A DNA stretch of 64,000 nt from Candidatus Iainarchaeum sp. Lineage in GTDB: Archaea; Iainarchaeota; Iainarchaeia; Iainarchaeales; JAAZKV01. Both the position numbers and the translations under genes were made by a program. Below, piece after piece: positions 1-10,135 of the stretch; position 1 is the stretch's first letter; every line of letters begins with the position of its first letter. The notes below the pieces were generated by a model. The model was not told the DNA's origin and made no database searches. It worked only from the letters and a program-made list of their open reading frames with translations. Where the stretch lies: NCBI GenBank assembly GCA_012799645.1, contig JAAZKV010000007.1, positions 3,355 to 67,354 of the forward strand. The letters are read 5' to 3'.

Positions 1-484
1 AAAACACACAATCAACCAACATACAAACGATTAATGAAAATTGCGAAAAGTGTTAAAAAACCATATTTCCAAAAATAACAAAATAATTACCAATAAAATC
101 AAAAATCATCAATTAATTGAGCTTTTCACTAAAAAAAGTGTTATGTAGATGAAGTTTTTAATAAAAAGTATTAAAAATAACTAAAACCATTTAAATCAGC
201 GATTAAATTCAAAATAACCATAGTTATTCATAACACAATTTTTGTTTTTTAAAAAATTTTGTTATAAAAAATATTAAAAAATTAAAAAAAGAGAAATTAC
301 ATAACAAAAATGAATTTCTTATAACTCCCTGTCCAACATTTTTACAAAATTCGCATAAATTTCTTACAAAATTTTTACAAAATTCTTCAAATTTCTTGTA
401 AATTTTTCATAAATTTTCAACAAAATTCGCACACATTTTTCACAAATTCTTTGTGGATTTTTATATATTTCAAAATTTTTTGTC

Positions 485-510
485 AAAAAAAGTGGGGGAG
501 GATTCCCCCA
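485..510 (-). terminator. Hairpin plus T-run terminator downstream of rubrerythrin
   Basis: Perfect 7-bp GC-rich inverted repeat tggggga (493-499) / tccccca (504-510) with a 4-nt loop. On the minus strand it is followed directly by a T7 run (A-run 485-491 on plus). It lies about 30 nt after the rbr stop. Confidence 0.5.
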
Positions 511-538
511 CAACAAGAAGTCCTTGTTTTTACTTGAT

Positions 539-1123
539 TTAGTATTCTTCGTTTCCCATATAAAAGTATTCTTTTTCGTGATCGCATGAAGGGCATTTTT
601 CTGGGGGATTTGTTCCAATATGAACATATCCGCATTTTCTACAATACCAAATCACTGGTTTTTCTTTTTTCAATAGTGTCCCGTCTTCTATTACTTTTAG
701 TAATTTTTCGTATCTTTCTTTGTGATGCTTTTCAGCAACCCCTATTGCAGATAGTTTTTTTGCCACATCAGGCAACCCATCTTTCACTGCTTGTTTTGCA
801 AAATCAGGGTACATTGTAGTATTTTCGTACGCTTCCCCTTCAATTGCCCATTTTAGGTTTTCTTTTGTAGTAGCAAACATTGCTGCTCCTTCAGCTTCAA
901 CCATAACAGCTTCGGGGGTTTTTCCCATTTTTGCTTGTAATTGGTTTATCATTTTTGATAATTGTTTTGCGTGTTCTCTTTCTTGTTCAGCGGTTTCTAA
1001 AAACACTGCTTCTAACTCATAATACCCATCCTTTCTTGCTTGTTTTGCGTACATAGTGTATCTATTTCTTGCTTGACTTTCACCAATGAACGCTTTTATC
1101 AAATTCTTTACTGTTTCTTCCAT
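539..1123 (-). CDS. rbr: Rubrerythrin (four-helix diiron domain plus C-terminal rubredoxin-like CxxC..CxxC)
   Basis: N-terminus NLIKAFIGESQARNRYTMYA, ExxH-type motif EQEREHAKQ, C-terminal CRKCGYV...CPSCDH. ATG at 1123 follows a gaggggg SD-like run. The ORF-track GTG at 1141 is probably too early. Confidence 0.9.
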   Translation of the reverse strand: MEETVKNLIKAFIGESQARNRYTMYAKQARKDGYYELEAVFLETAEQEREHAKQLSKMINQLQAKMGKTPEAVMVEAEGAAMFATTKENLKWAIEGEAYENTTMYPDFAKQAVKDGLPDVAKKLSAIGVAEKHHKERYEKLLKVIEDGTLLKKEKPVIWYCRKCGYVHIGTNPPEKCPSCDHEKEYFYMGNEEY

Positions 1124-1321
1124 AACAAAATTCCCCCTCACCTTTTCTTTTTAATTAATTCAATAATTTTACATAAAAAAGAAATAAAACTAATAAAAAG
1201 GGAACTGGTAAAAATTAAAAAAAAACGCACAAAAACACGAACTAATAACCCACATTTTTGGTTTTTTGATTTTTTAGTTTTTTTGATTTATTAATTTTTT
1301 TAAATTTTTGATTTATTGGAT

Positions 1322-2101
1322 TTATTGATTATTAGCTTTTTTTATTATTTCAAGTAGTTCCATTATTTTTTTGGATTTTTGGGGTGATTGAGAGGAAACA
1401 AAGCGTTTGAATCTTTCCATTTGGGTAGGATCAAGTGCTGTTTCAAAAAACACTGGACTTCCTTTTCTGTTCCCAACATTCACTACATGATCATCTACGC
1501 GTATTCCACTCTCTGCATAAATCTTTTTAATCAACCCATTTTTGACATTATAAACAAAATCAATATGGGATAATTCTCCTTGTGTTAAAAAAACCGCGTC
1601 AGGCAAATCATAAAAATCATAAAACGCTCTTTGTTGTTGTTTGTAAGCAGGAGTGAGCCCTCTAACAATTTCTGATACCACCCCATACTCTGTAAAAACC
1701 TCTCCTTTAACTTTCCTTTTCATTAAACTAACTCCAACAGGTTTTACTGATACTTTTGGATACAAAATATTGAAAATTTTCATCCAAGCATACCTACTAG
1801 AAGCGTGTTCTTTTGTTGGATTATTTTTGGGCACACGAAAAAATCTTCTCTTGCCTCCAAACCTAACAATAAAAGTGCGTGATTCTTGAGTAGTAAAATT
1901 TCTAAAAGCCCTACCAATAATACGCGCTCGTGGAAAAAAAGAAGATGGTTTTTTGAACAACACCCTAAACTTTCCCTTACCCTGCACTCCCTTTCTTTGC
2001 GCAATTTTATTCCGGGCATTTATGTTTTGCGCAATTGTGTTTTGGGACACTTTATTTTGTGTTGTTTTATTTTTCCTCACTCTATTCCTTACCCTATTCA
2101 T
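1322..2101 (-). CDS. Hypothetical protein with an Arg/Lys/Asn/Gln-rich N-terminal region
   Basis: 259-aa ORF. The C-terminal 150 aa are not low-complexity. No family recognised. Confidence 0.45.
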   Translation of the reverse strand: MNRVRNRVRKNKTTQNKVSQNTIAQNINARNKIAQRKGVQGKGKFRVLFKKPSSFFPRARIIGRAFRNFTTQESRTFIVRFGGKRRFFRVPKNNPTKEHASSRYAWMKIFNILYPKVSVKPVGVSLMKRKVKGEVFTEYGVVSEIVRGLTPAYKQQQRAFYDFYDLPDAVFLTQGELSHIDFVYNVKNGLIKKIYAESGIRVDDHVVNVGNRKGSPVFFETALDPTQMERFKRFVSSQSPQKSKKIMELLEIIKKANNQ

Positions 2102-2236
2102 AATTTAGTATAAATTTCTTAGCATTTAATTATTTTGTTTAATCCAAAAAAACCACTTAGGAGCTTTTATAAACTTATTTCTAAAAACATTATTTAGATA
2201 AAAAAACAAATAAAAAAACAAATAAAAAAAAACTAG

Positions 2237-2309
2237 GCCTTGGTAGCTCAGTAGGTAGAGCGCCCGACTGTTAATCGGAAGGTCGAAAGTTCAAGTCTTT
2301 CCCAAGGCG
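2237..2309 (+). tRNA. tRNA-Asn (anticodon GUU)
   Basis: Acceptor stem gccttgg/ccaaggc, D arm gctc-agtaggta-gagc, anticodon loop ctGTTaa, T arm with gttcaag loop, discriminator g. 73 nt, no encoded CCA. Confidence 0.9.
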
Positions 2310-2646
2310 TTTAAAAAATCTTTTTTCTAAAAAATACAATTATTTGCAAATCACAATTTTTTTAAAAATTATAAAAAACAAAAACTTCGGAAAAATTTTT
2401 TAATTAAATTTTTAATTCCAACACCATTTAAAAAAAATTAATTCTAAAAAATGGTTCAAAAAATCTTAAAAAAAGTATTAAAAAAAATAATTGAACAAAA
2501 TGAATTAAAAAAAAAACCAGTTAAAAAATTTAAAAAAATAATTTAAATAAAAAAAATAGTTTAAATAAAAAAAAACTAATTTAAAATAAAAAAATAATGG
2601 CCCCCACAAAAGGGATCATTACTAAAAAAAAGTTTTTTCATTTCTC

Positions 2647-3399
2647 TTAATTTATTTCTGTTGTTGAAGCAACTATTTTTCCATCAATTTTTACAGAAAC
2701 AACTCCTGGTTTTTCTCCAAGTTTTATTGTTCCTTCAAAATTACGTGGAGTTATTACTTCTGCACAAACCATTTTTGGTGCTACTGATTCCATTTCAATA
2801 ACAACTTGTGTTGGGTTTGATTCTAACACCCTTTTGTTCACTAATTCGAATGAATCACATGATCTTGGTGCTAATAGTACCATTGTGAAAGTTAATTCAT
2901 TTGTATCTGAATTAAATTCCACAGTTATTTCGTGATTCGCATCTTCTGCTACTGTTTGTTTGTATGATGGAACCCAATTATCTATTACTATTGGATAGAA
3001 ATTGTATTCTGCATCAACTAGTGTTAATTCGTAACAACCAATACATCTTAGTCGTTCGAAAAAGTCACCGTCAACTGCTAATCCGTATGTTTTTCCAACG
3101 AAATTAACAGCGGTTCTTGCAGCGTTTATATCTGATTCTTCTGTGAATTCCCAATTCCTCACACAAGCACCGATTTCTTCGTTATAAGAAAATCCTGCTC
3201 CAACTAAACAACCTTCTTCAGTTCTATCCCCACCAACCGCGTTAGTATCTTCTGGATCATCAGATCCTGTTGAAAGTGGTTTATCATTACCAACACTAAC
3301 AACTGGTTGATTTTGATCAACTACAAGAGGTTTGTTTGCATCTTCACCATTTTGTGGAGTTTGAATACACCCACTAAATAGTAAACCAAACATTAGCAA
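2647..3399 (-). CDS. Secreted or lipoprotein-like Cys-rich hypothetical protein; the N-terminus appears split by a 1-nt frame discontinuity (see findings)
   Basis: Lipobox-like LLFSGC near the N-terminus, multiple Cys pairs, no TM segment afterwards. An SD plus ATG at 3428 is in another frame. Confidence 0.6.
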   Translation of the reverse strand: MLMFGLLFSGCIQTPQNGEDANKPLVVDQNQPVVSVGNDKPLSTGSDDPEDTNAVGGDRTEEGCLVGAGFSYNEEIGACVRNWEFTEESDINAARTAVNFVGKTYGLAVDGDFFERLRCIGCYELTLVDAEYNFYPIVIDNWVPSYKQTVAEDANHEITVEFNSDTNELTFTMVLLAPRSCDSFELVNKRVLESNPTQVVIEMESVAPKMVCAEVITPRNFEGTIKLGEKPGVVSVKIDGKIVASTTEIN

Positions 3400-3647
3400 T
3401 AATGCTATCCCAATTTAACTAATTTCATTAAATCACCTACACTTAATTTATGAGTATCTATATAAATAACTTTGGAATTTAATAACTTTGGCAAATAGTT
3501 AGGGAAAAAACTAATACAAACAAACCCAAACAAATTTACAACAATTCAAAACAATTTATAATAATCCAAAAACAAACCAAAAATAAATCAAAAATAAATA
3601 AAATTTAATCAAAACTTGAACAATTTTGAATTATTTTGAATAATTTT

Positions 3648-3686
3648 GAAATAAATTTTGGAAATAAATTTTGGAAATAAATTTTA
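3648..3686. repeat. Tandem repeat, 3 x 13 bp (gaaataaattttg)
   Basis: Three adjacent copies read directly, preceded by related aattttgaa(t) units from about 3619. Intergenic, upstream of the S51-like gene. Confidence 0.8.
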
Positions 3687-3733
3687 AATGCGTTTAAAGT
3701 GTGTTTTATATTAACTTTGAATCATAGTAAATT

Positions 3734-4357
3734 ATGAAGTTTTATTTATCCTCTCTAAAAATTGGTGACAAACCAAAAGATTTGCTAAAATTGGTTGGAA
3801 AAAACAAAAAAGCCGCATACATTTCTAACGCGCTTGATTACACCACTGATCTTGATAGGAGAAGATTTATGGAAAACAAGGATATGGGAGAATTAAGAAA
3901 CACTGGTTTTGAAGTTGAAAAAATAGAACTACGACAATTTTTTTACAAAGAAAAAGAATTAGAAGAAAAACTAAAAAACTTTGGACTAATTTGGGTAAGA
4001 GGAGGAAACGAGTTTGTTTTAAGACAAGCAATGAGATTATCAGGACTTGAAAATATTTTAAAAAAATTCCAAAAAGAAAAAACAAACATTGTGTACGGAG
4101 GATACGGAGCAGGAATAACAATAATAGGCCCGACCCTTAAAGGGATTGAATTAATAGAGGATATTGAACAAAAACCCTACCCTGTTCTAAGATACACTAT
4201 ATGGGAAGGGATAGGATTAATTGATTATCAAATAGTCCCCCATCACGATAAAGAAAACCCAGGGGTTAGTGGAATGAACGAACTAATTGAATACTATGAA
4301 GAAAATGAAATCAAATACAAAACACTAAAAGATGGAGAAGTAATCATAATAAAATAA
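3734..4357 (+). CDS. Peptidase S51 (PepE / type-1 glutamine-amidotransferase-like) family protein with an atypical nucleophile position
   Basis: WVRGGNEFVL matches the GGGNTF motif and IVPHH matches the INPHF His. GYGAG sits where GWSAG is expected. Confidence 0.55.
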   Translation: MKFYLSSLKIGDKPKDLLKLVGKNKKAAYISNALDYTTDLDRRRFMENKDMGELRNTGFEVEKIELRQFFYKEKELEEKLKNFGLIWVRGGNEFVLRQAMRLSGLENILKKFQKEKTNIVYGGYGAGITIIGPTLKGIELIEDIEQKPYPVLRYTIWEGIGLIDYQIVPHHDKENPGVSGMNELIEYYEENEIKYKTLKDGEVIIIK

Positions 4358-4634
4358 CAACAAAATAAATTATAATAAAATAAACTATGATAAACAACAA
4401 CAAAATAAACTACGACAAAATAAAAAAACAACAAAATGATAAATGATTTATAAACAAATTAAAAGAAACAAAGAAAAAAAATAAAATAAAAAAATAAACT
4501 AATAAAATAAAAAAATAGACTAAAAAAATAAAATGAAAAAGTAAAATGAAAAATAAAAAAATAATTAAATAGAAATTAAAAAAATTGAGTTGTAAAATCA
4601 AATATTGGGTTGGGTTGTAAAATTAATTAGAAAA

Positions 4635-5678
4635 TTAAATTAACTTTATTAGTTTGTATTCTTTTTTTCCTAACCCTATTTTTTCTGCATAGTCAAGTGT
4701 GTAATCTCCGTTGAATACTTTTTTTCTTTCTTGTTTTCGGAGTAAATCAAATGATGCTTTATCCACTGCGACAGGATCTGTTCCTACTAGTATTCCAACA
4801 TCTTTTGCGATTGGTTTCATTTTTTTTCCATCACAATCACAATTTTTTGTTATATTGAAAAGAAAATTAAAATAAATAATTTTTTTCCCTTTTTGTGCAG
4901 CGTAAGCGTATTCCACTAGTTTTTCTGAAAAATTATTGGGCATGGTTGAAACCCAATTTGGGGATATTGCTTTGAATGGACAAACAGCAATACACATTGC
5001 ACACCCAATACATTTATCATAATTGATGCGTGGAACAATAGTATCAATTATTAGAGCATTTTTTGGACAGTGTTTTGTACAAGTGTAACATTTTTTGCAT
5101 TTTAAAGAATTTAGAATTGGTTTTGAGTTGCTGTGCATTGCGAGTTTTCCACTTCTCGCAGCACACCCCATTGATAATTGTTTTATTGCTCCTCCATACC
5201 CTGCCAAAATATGCCCTTTAAAGTGAGCGATTACAATCATTTGTTTTGCATCAACAATTGTTTTTCCAATATTGCATTTTTTGAAATGTTTAGGATTCAC
5301 TTCACTAATGTTAATTTCTTTATATTTTTCTCCGTGATCCCCATCAGCGATTTTTATTGGGAGTTGATTAAATCCGTGTTCTTTAGCAATTTTTTTGTGA
5401 GTATTGCTGAAAGTTCTTTCTCCTTTGTACAAAACATTTGTATCAGTGAAAAAAGGTTTAGATTTTTTTGATTTTAAATAATCAATTATTCCGACAAAAT
5501 TTTTTGGGTGAATAAACGTTTCGTTTCCTTTTTCACCAAAATGAACTTTGAGGGGAATATTTTTTTCTAATTTTATTTTTTCATTCTTGACAATTTTTTT
5601 TAGCAATTCTTTAGCTGAAGAAGAAATGTTTTCTGTTTCATTATACGAATTAATTTTTTTAAAATAAACATTACTCAT
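4635..5678 (-). CDS. DUF362 domain protein with two 4Fe-4S ferredoxin motifs
   Basis: CKKCYTCTKHCP and CIGCAMCIAVCP inside a DUF362-like frame (HFKGH, NCDCDG). ATG at 5678 follows gtgat. Confidence 0.75.
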   Translation of the reverse strand: MSNVYFKKINSYNETENISSSAKELLKKIVKNEKIKLEKNIPLKVHFGEKGNETFIHPKNFVGIIDYLKSKKSKPFFTDTNVLYKGERTFSNTHKKIAKEHGFNQLPIKIADGDHGEKYKEINISEVNPKHFKKCNIGKTIVDAKQMIVIAHFKGHILAGYGGAIKQLSMGCAARSGKLAMHSNSKPILNSLKCKKCYTCTKHCPKNALIIDTIVPRINYDKCIGCAMCIAVCPFKAISPNWVSTMPNNFSEKLVEYAYAAQKGKKIIYFNFLFNITKNCDCDGKKMKPIAKDVGILVGTDPVAVDKASFDLLRKQERKKVFNGDYTLDYAEKIGLGKKEYKLIKLI

Positions 5679-5690
5679 AATCATCACAAA

Positions 5691-7040
5691 TCATACAATG
5701 CTTTTTTCTATTGGGTGTGTTTTATAGTATCCATAACTTATGATAAAAATTATTATAGTGGTTATTGGATAACTTAACCAAACCCCAAATAATCCCATAT
5801 TGAAAATAAAAATTAGTATTAGTGATACAATTATTTGTGTAAAAATATTTGCGAATGAAAGAATCATTGCGATAGTGGTTTTTCCCGCTCCGCGATACGC
5901 TGTTAATATTACTACATTTGCTCCAAATAATCCAAACAATAATACAAACATTACTATTGAAGTGATTGCTTCATTCATTACTGCTAAATTGTTCTCTATA
6001 AAAAAAGAGGTTAGTTCTTTAACAAAAATAAGAATAAGTATTTCTAAAATTGTTAGGAAGGTGAATGAAAAAATCATTCCTTTTTTTATTATCTCGTGCA
6101 CTTTTTTTGTTTTTTTTGCACCAAGTGTTTGTCCAACAAGGGTTAGTGTGGCTAGAGAAATTCCAAAAGAAGGTATTGTTGCTAAACTTGTCACTCTCAT
6201 TCCTATTCCGTATGCAGCGATCGCGTTTGTTCCAAACCAAGCAATAATAAAAGTGAGTAGCACGAACCCTATTGATCTTGACAAAAATTCAAGAGTGGTT
6301 GGCACCCCAATTTTTATGAATTCAAATAATGCTTTTTTGTTGGGGTAAAGATTTTTTTTCCTAATATGCACAAGTTCTTTGTTTAGTGTTAACCAAATTA
6401 GTGCAATTAAAAGTGATGCTCCTTGAGTGAGTACTGTTGCTATTGCTGCTCCTTTCACTCCCATTGCTGGCACTCCATATCCTCCAAAAATAAATAATGG
6501 ATCTAAAATAAAATTTAGTACAAGTCCAATGAAAGCAATTATTAATGGTAATTTTACCTCTCCAAGTGATCTTAGAATACTAGTGAATCCTTGGTAAACA
6601 TATCCAAAAACAATTCCTATAAAAATTATTTTTGTATAACTTGAAGCAAGAATTGATACATTACTTTCCGCTCCAATTAGTGTTACTAACAAATCCGAAA
6701 TAAGATACCCAATTATTCCTGTGCAAAGCCCAATTATTGTTAACCAAATTAGTGTTTGTCCTGCATAATACTCAACTTTTTTGTGTTTCTTTTTTCCAAA
6801 GTATTGAGCTATAATAATTGCTCCTGAACTACTAATTCCGAACATTATTGAATTAACCACAAAAATTATTGGAAAACTTACCGAAATACCAGCAATGCTT
6901 TCTGTTCCTAGTTTTGCAACCCAAAACATATCCACTACTTGGTAAAGAGTTGCAATAACATTAATCAACACTAAGGGGATTGAGAGTTGAATTAGTGCCT
7001 TATACACAGGAACATTTGTTAAATCTTTTTTTTTGAACAT
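5691..7040 (-). CDS. MATE family efflux transporter
   Basis: About 12 TM segments. N-terminus YKALIQLSIPLVLINVIATLYQVVDMFWVAKLG is typical of MATE. The stop lies 13 nt upstream of the DUF362 gene start (4 nt from the ORF-track start). Confidence 0.85.
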   Translation of the reverse strand: MFKKKDLTNVPVYKALIQLSIPLVLINVIATLYQVVDMFWVAKLGTESIAGISVSFPIIFVVNSIMFGISSSGAIIIAQYFGKKKHKKVEYYAGQTLIWLTIIGLCTGIIGYLISDLLVTLIGAESNVSILASSYTKIIFIGIVFGYVYQGFTSILRSLGEVKLPLIIAFIGLVLNFILDPLFIFGGYGVPAMGVKGAAIATVLTQGASLLIALIWLTLNKELVHIRKKNLYPNKKALFEFIKIGVPTTLEFLSRSIGFVLLTFIIAWFGTNAIAAYGIGMRVTSLATIPSFGISLATLTLVGQTLGAKKTKKVHEIIKKGMIFSFTFLTILEILILIFVKELTSFFIENNLAVMNEAITSIVMFVLLFGLFGANVVILTAYRGAGKTTIAMILSFANIFTQIIVSLILIFIFNMGLFGVWLSYPITTIIIFIISYGYYKTHPIEKSIV

Positions 7041-7100
7041 TACAACCAATTAAAAAAAAATAAGATAGATTATTATAGTTATTTTTTTGTTCAATTTTTT

Positions 7101-7967
7101 TTATTTTTTCATATAGTGTTTTTTTTGTTTTTCATTAAGTTTTTCTATAGCATATCTAAGCATTGTTCTTGGCATTTTTTTGTAATTCTTGTCCAAAAAT
7201 TCACAAAGTTGTTTTTCGCTTGCTCTTTTTCCCATTTCTCTAAGCATCCACCCCACTGCTTTTTGGATCAAATCCTCTTCATCATTGAGCAATATTTTTG
7301 AGATTTTTAGAGTGTGAGTGGTTCTTTTTTGTTTGATAAAAGAAAAAGTTCCAAGGATTGCTGCTCTTCTTTCCCACAAGAGTTTTGATTTTGAGAGAGT
7401 GTAAAGTATTTTTGCACTCTTATCGTGCTCTATTAAATAATCCCCTAAAATATTTGGAGTGCTTAAATCAATTAAATCCCAATTATTTATGTTTGATTTT
7501 TTTAAATTTTTTAAATAAAATTCATAAATTTCTTTTTGGACCTTTTTGTTTTTTTCTTTTTTTGCATTTTCGTATTTTTTTATTAAAATAAAAAGTGCGA
7601 TCAATCGGTGCTCGTGAATTTTACTATCCAATAGTTTTTGTAATTCACTAAGCTCTAAATAATATTTTTTTGAAACACTTTTTAGAATTGGAACAGTGAT
7701 TCCTAAAAAAATATCTCCCTCGCCATACTCTCCCACCCCTGTTTTGAAAAATCTTTGAAGAACTTTTGCTTTTTTTGGATTTTTCAAAGTGTTCAGTTCT
7801 TTGATTAATTCATTTGCTGATTGATGATGAGGTTGGAGTAATGGTTGAGTTAAAGTTTGATGAGTGAATTGGCTTAACTTTTGGTTAATTGGTTGATTTG
7901 AATTATTATTAGTGGTTTGATTTGAAGTTTGATTTGGGGTTTGTTTAGTGGTTTGTGTAGTTTTCAT
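7101..7967 (-). CDS. DNA alkylation repair protein (AlkC/AlkD-like HEAT repeat) with a Q/T/N-rich N-terminal extension
   Basis: RFFKTGVGEYGEGDIFLGI, WDLIDLS, LWERRAAI, VGWMLREMGKR motifs. Confidence 0.75.
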   Translation of the reverse strand: MKTTQTTKQTPNQTSNQTTNNNSNQPINQKLSQFTHQTLTQPLLQPHHQSANELIKELNTLKNPKKAKVLQRFFKTGVGEYGEGDIFLGITVPILKSVSKKYYLELSELQKLLDSKIHEHRLIALFILIKKYENAKKEKNKKVQKEIYEFYLKNLKKSNINNWDLIDLSTPNILGDYLIEHDKSAKILYTLSKSKLLWERRAAILGTFSFIKQKRTTHTLKISKILLNDEEDLIQKAVGWMLREMGKRASEKQLCEFLDKNYKKMPRTMLRYAIEKLNEKQKKHYMKK

Positions 7968-8026
7968 AGTTTAATTAAAAAAGAAAAGTTATTATAAATA
8001 ATTTTGTGCAATAAGTAGTTTCGTTC

Positions 8027-8094
8027 AATAATTAGTTTTGTGGAATAATTGGTTTTGTCCAATAATTAGTTTTGTGGAATAATTGGTTTTGTCC
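8027..8094. repeat. Tandem repeat, 2 x 34 bp (each made of two 17-bp half units), with degenerate copies flanking from about 8000 to 8135
   Basis: aataattagttttgtggaataattggttttgtcc occurs twice back to back. It lies in the spacer between the aspS stop and the alkylation-repair gene start. Confidence 0.85.
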
Positions 8095-8157
8095 AATAAC
8101 TAATTTTGTTCAATAATTAATTTTGCTAATTTTGTAATTTGGTTATTTGTAATTTGG

Positions 8158-9933
8158 TTATTTTTTTTCTTCCACAACAATGTCCAACTTTATGTGTAGT
8201 TCTTCTAGTTGTTTGTCAGTTACTTCGCTTGGCGAATTGTCCATTAGTGAGATCGCTGCTTTGTTTTTAGGGAATGCTATCACTTCTCTTAAACTTTCTG
8301 CTCCAGTGATTAGCATTATTAATCTGTCAAGACCGAATCCTAGTCCTCCGTGTATTGGCGCTCCATAATTGAATGCTTCTAGGAAGAAACCAAATTTTTG
8401 TTTTGCTTCTTCTTCACTTAATCCAATTGTTTTGAATACTTTTGATTGGATTTTTGGATCGTGTATTCTAATACTTCCCCCAGCAAGTTCATACCCGTTT
8501 AGAACTAAATCGTAAGCATTTGCTTTCATTTTTAGTGGTTCAGTTTCAAATAACTCAAGATGTTCAGGTTTTGGCGAAGTGAAAGGGTGATGCACTGCAG
8601 ATATTTTTCCTTCAGTTTCATCCCACTCAAACATTGGAAAATCATTCACCCACAAAAAATTGAATTGATTTTTTTTAATCAACCCTAGTTTTTTTCCTAA
8701 ATGAACTCTCAAATAACCAAGCCCATCGTTAACCACTTTTTCTTTTCCTGCACAAATCAAAATCAAGTCCCCTTCTTCCGCACTTGTTTTTTCAACAACT
8801 TTTTGCAATTGTTCTTCTGTGAAAAATTTAGCAATTGTTCCGTCAAGTTTTCCCCCAACCATTTTTAGATTAGCTAACCCGTTCGCTTTATAGATTTTTA
8901 CAAAATCCTCAAACTCTGAAATTTCTTTTCTACTAAAATCCGCTTTTCCTTTCACATTAATTGCTTTAATTATTCCTTTATTTAGCACAACATTATTGAA
9001 CGCATTGAATTCACTTTTCCCCATTTCTTCTGTTAAATCAACTAACAACATTTCAAACCTAGTATCAGGCCTATCAACACCATAAATTTTTATCGCATCA
9101 GTATAATCCAGTACAGGAAAAGGAGTTACTAAATCAATTCCTAAAAATTCTTTCCAAATTTTTTTCACTAACCCTTCAGTTAGTTCCATTAAATCTTTTT
9201 GTTCTAAAAAACTCATCTCGATATCAATTTGAGAAAACTCTGGTTGTCTATCAGCACGAAGATCTTCATCACGAAAACACTTTGTTATTTGGAAATACTT
9301 GTCAAAACCACCAATCATCAACAATTGTTTGAACAATTGTGGACTTTGTGGTAATGCATAAAATTTTCCAGGATTAACTCTACTAGGAACCAAATAATCT
9401 CTCGCCCCTTCAGGAGTGCTTTTCGCCAAAATAGGAGTCTCTATTTCGACAAACCCATTTCCATCCAAATAATCCCTAACAAGTTTTACAACCTTGTGAC
9501 GCATAATAATATTTTTTTGTAACTCTGGTTTTCTTAAAGCAAGATACCTATACTTTAACATCATATCATCATTTGTTTCTGTTCTTCCTGTCAAATCAAT
9601 CGGAAGCGGAAGCGATTCTGACACAATCTCAACAACACTTGAATCAACTTCAATTGCTCCAGTGAAAAGATCTTTTTTTTCTGTCCCACTTGGCCTATTT
9701 TTCACTATTCCTTTTATTTTCAGTATAAATTCTTTTCTAATTTTTTTTGCTAATGAAGCAAGCTCTTCACTTTTTTTGTGATCAATAACAACCTGTGTAA
9801 TCCCATACCTGTCTCTTAAATCAACAAAAGTAACATTCCCGTGATCTCTAACCGTATCAGCCCAACCAATTAAAGTAATTTCTTTCCCAACAAAACTAGT
9901 ATCCAATTCCCCACAAGTGTTTGTTCTATGCAT
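8158..9933 (-). CDS. aspS: Aspartyl-tRNA synthetase, long bacterial-type with an insertion (GAD-like) domain
   Basis: QSPQLFKQLLMIGGFDKYFQITKCFRDEDLRADRQPEFSQID (motif 2 region), GGLGFGLDRL (motif 3), about 590 aa. MHRTNTCGEL aligns with the usual N-terminus. Confidence 0.9.
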   Translation of the reverse strand: MHRTNTCGELDTSFVGKEITLIGWADTVRDHGNVTFVDLRDRYGITQVVIDHKKSEELASLAKKIRKEFILKIKGIVKNRPSGTEKKDLFTGAIEVDSSVVEIVSESLPLPIDLTGRTETNDDMMLKYRYLALRKPELQKNIIMRHKVVKLVRDYLDGNGFVEIETPILAKSTPEGARDYLVPSRVNPGKFYALPQSPQLFKQLLMIGGFDKYFQITKCFRDEDLRADRQPEFSQIDIEMSFLEQKDLMELTEGLVKKIWKEFLGIDLVTPFPVLDYTDAIKIYGVDRPDTRFEMLLVDLTEEMGKSEFNAFNNVVLNKGIIKAINVKGKADFSRKEISEFEDFVKIYKANGLANLKMVGGKLDGTIAKFFTEEQLQKVVEKTSAEEGDLILICAGKEKVVNDGLGYLRVHLGKKLGLIKKNQFNFLWVNDFPMFEWDETEGKISAVHHPFTSPKPEHLELFETEPLKMKANAYDLVLNGYELAGGSIRIHDPKIQSKVFKTIGLSEEEAKQKFGFFLEAFNYGAPIHGGLGFGLDRLIMLITGAESLREVIAFPKNKAAISLMDNSPSEVTDKQLEELHIKLDIVVEEKK

Positions 9934-10135
9934 ACTCATCAACCAAAAATCAACTAATAATAAACAAATTTGGTCAAAAAAGGTTTATAAAATTGTGCAT
10001 AAATCAAAAAAAACAAAACCATTTTTATTAAAACAAAAACACTTTTATCAAAAATAAAACAAATCCCAACCATTCACAAAAAAAAACTTATTTTGTGGTT
10101 TTACAAAGAAATAAAAACACAAATCAACAATATTT

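Noticed and set aside
5800-6348. 182-aa ORF antisense to the MATE transporter; similar long antisense ORFs occur at 13744-14244, 34275-34712, 35102-35539, 38783-39253 and 23869-24309
   Set aside because: These are shadow ORFs on the opposite strand of well-supported genes. Their translations are low-complexity (F/I/L/S-rich) with no recognisable motifs.
8000-8135. Intergenic tandem repeats (here and at 43272-43352, 56993-57094 and elsewhere) considered as CRISPR arrays
   Set aside because: The repeat units are directly adjacent with no unique spacers. They are 13-34 bp of almost pure A/T and differ in every locus, and no cas genes are in the window.
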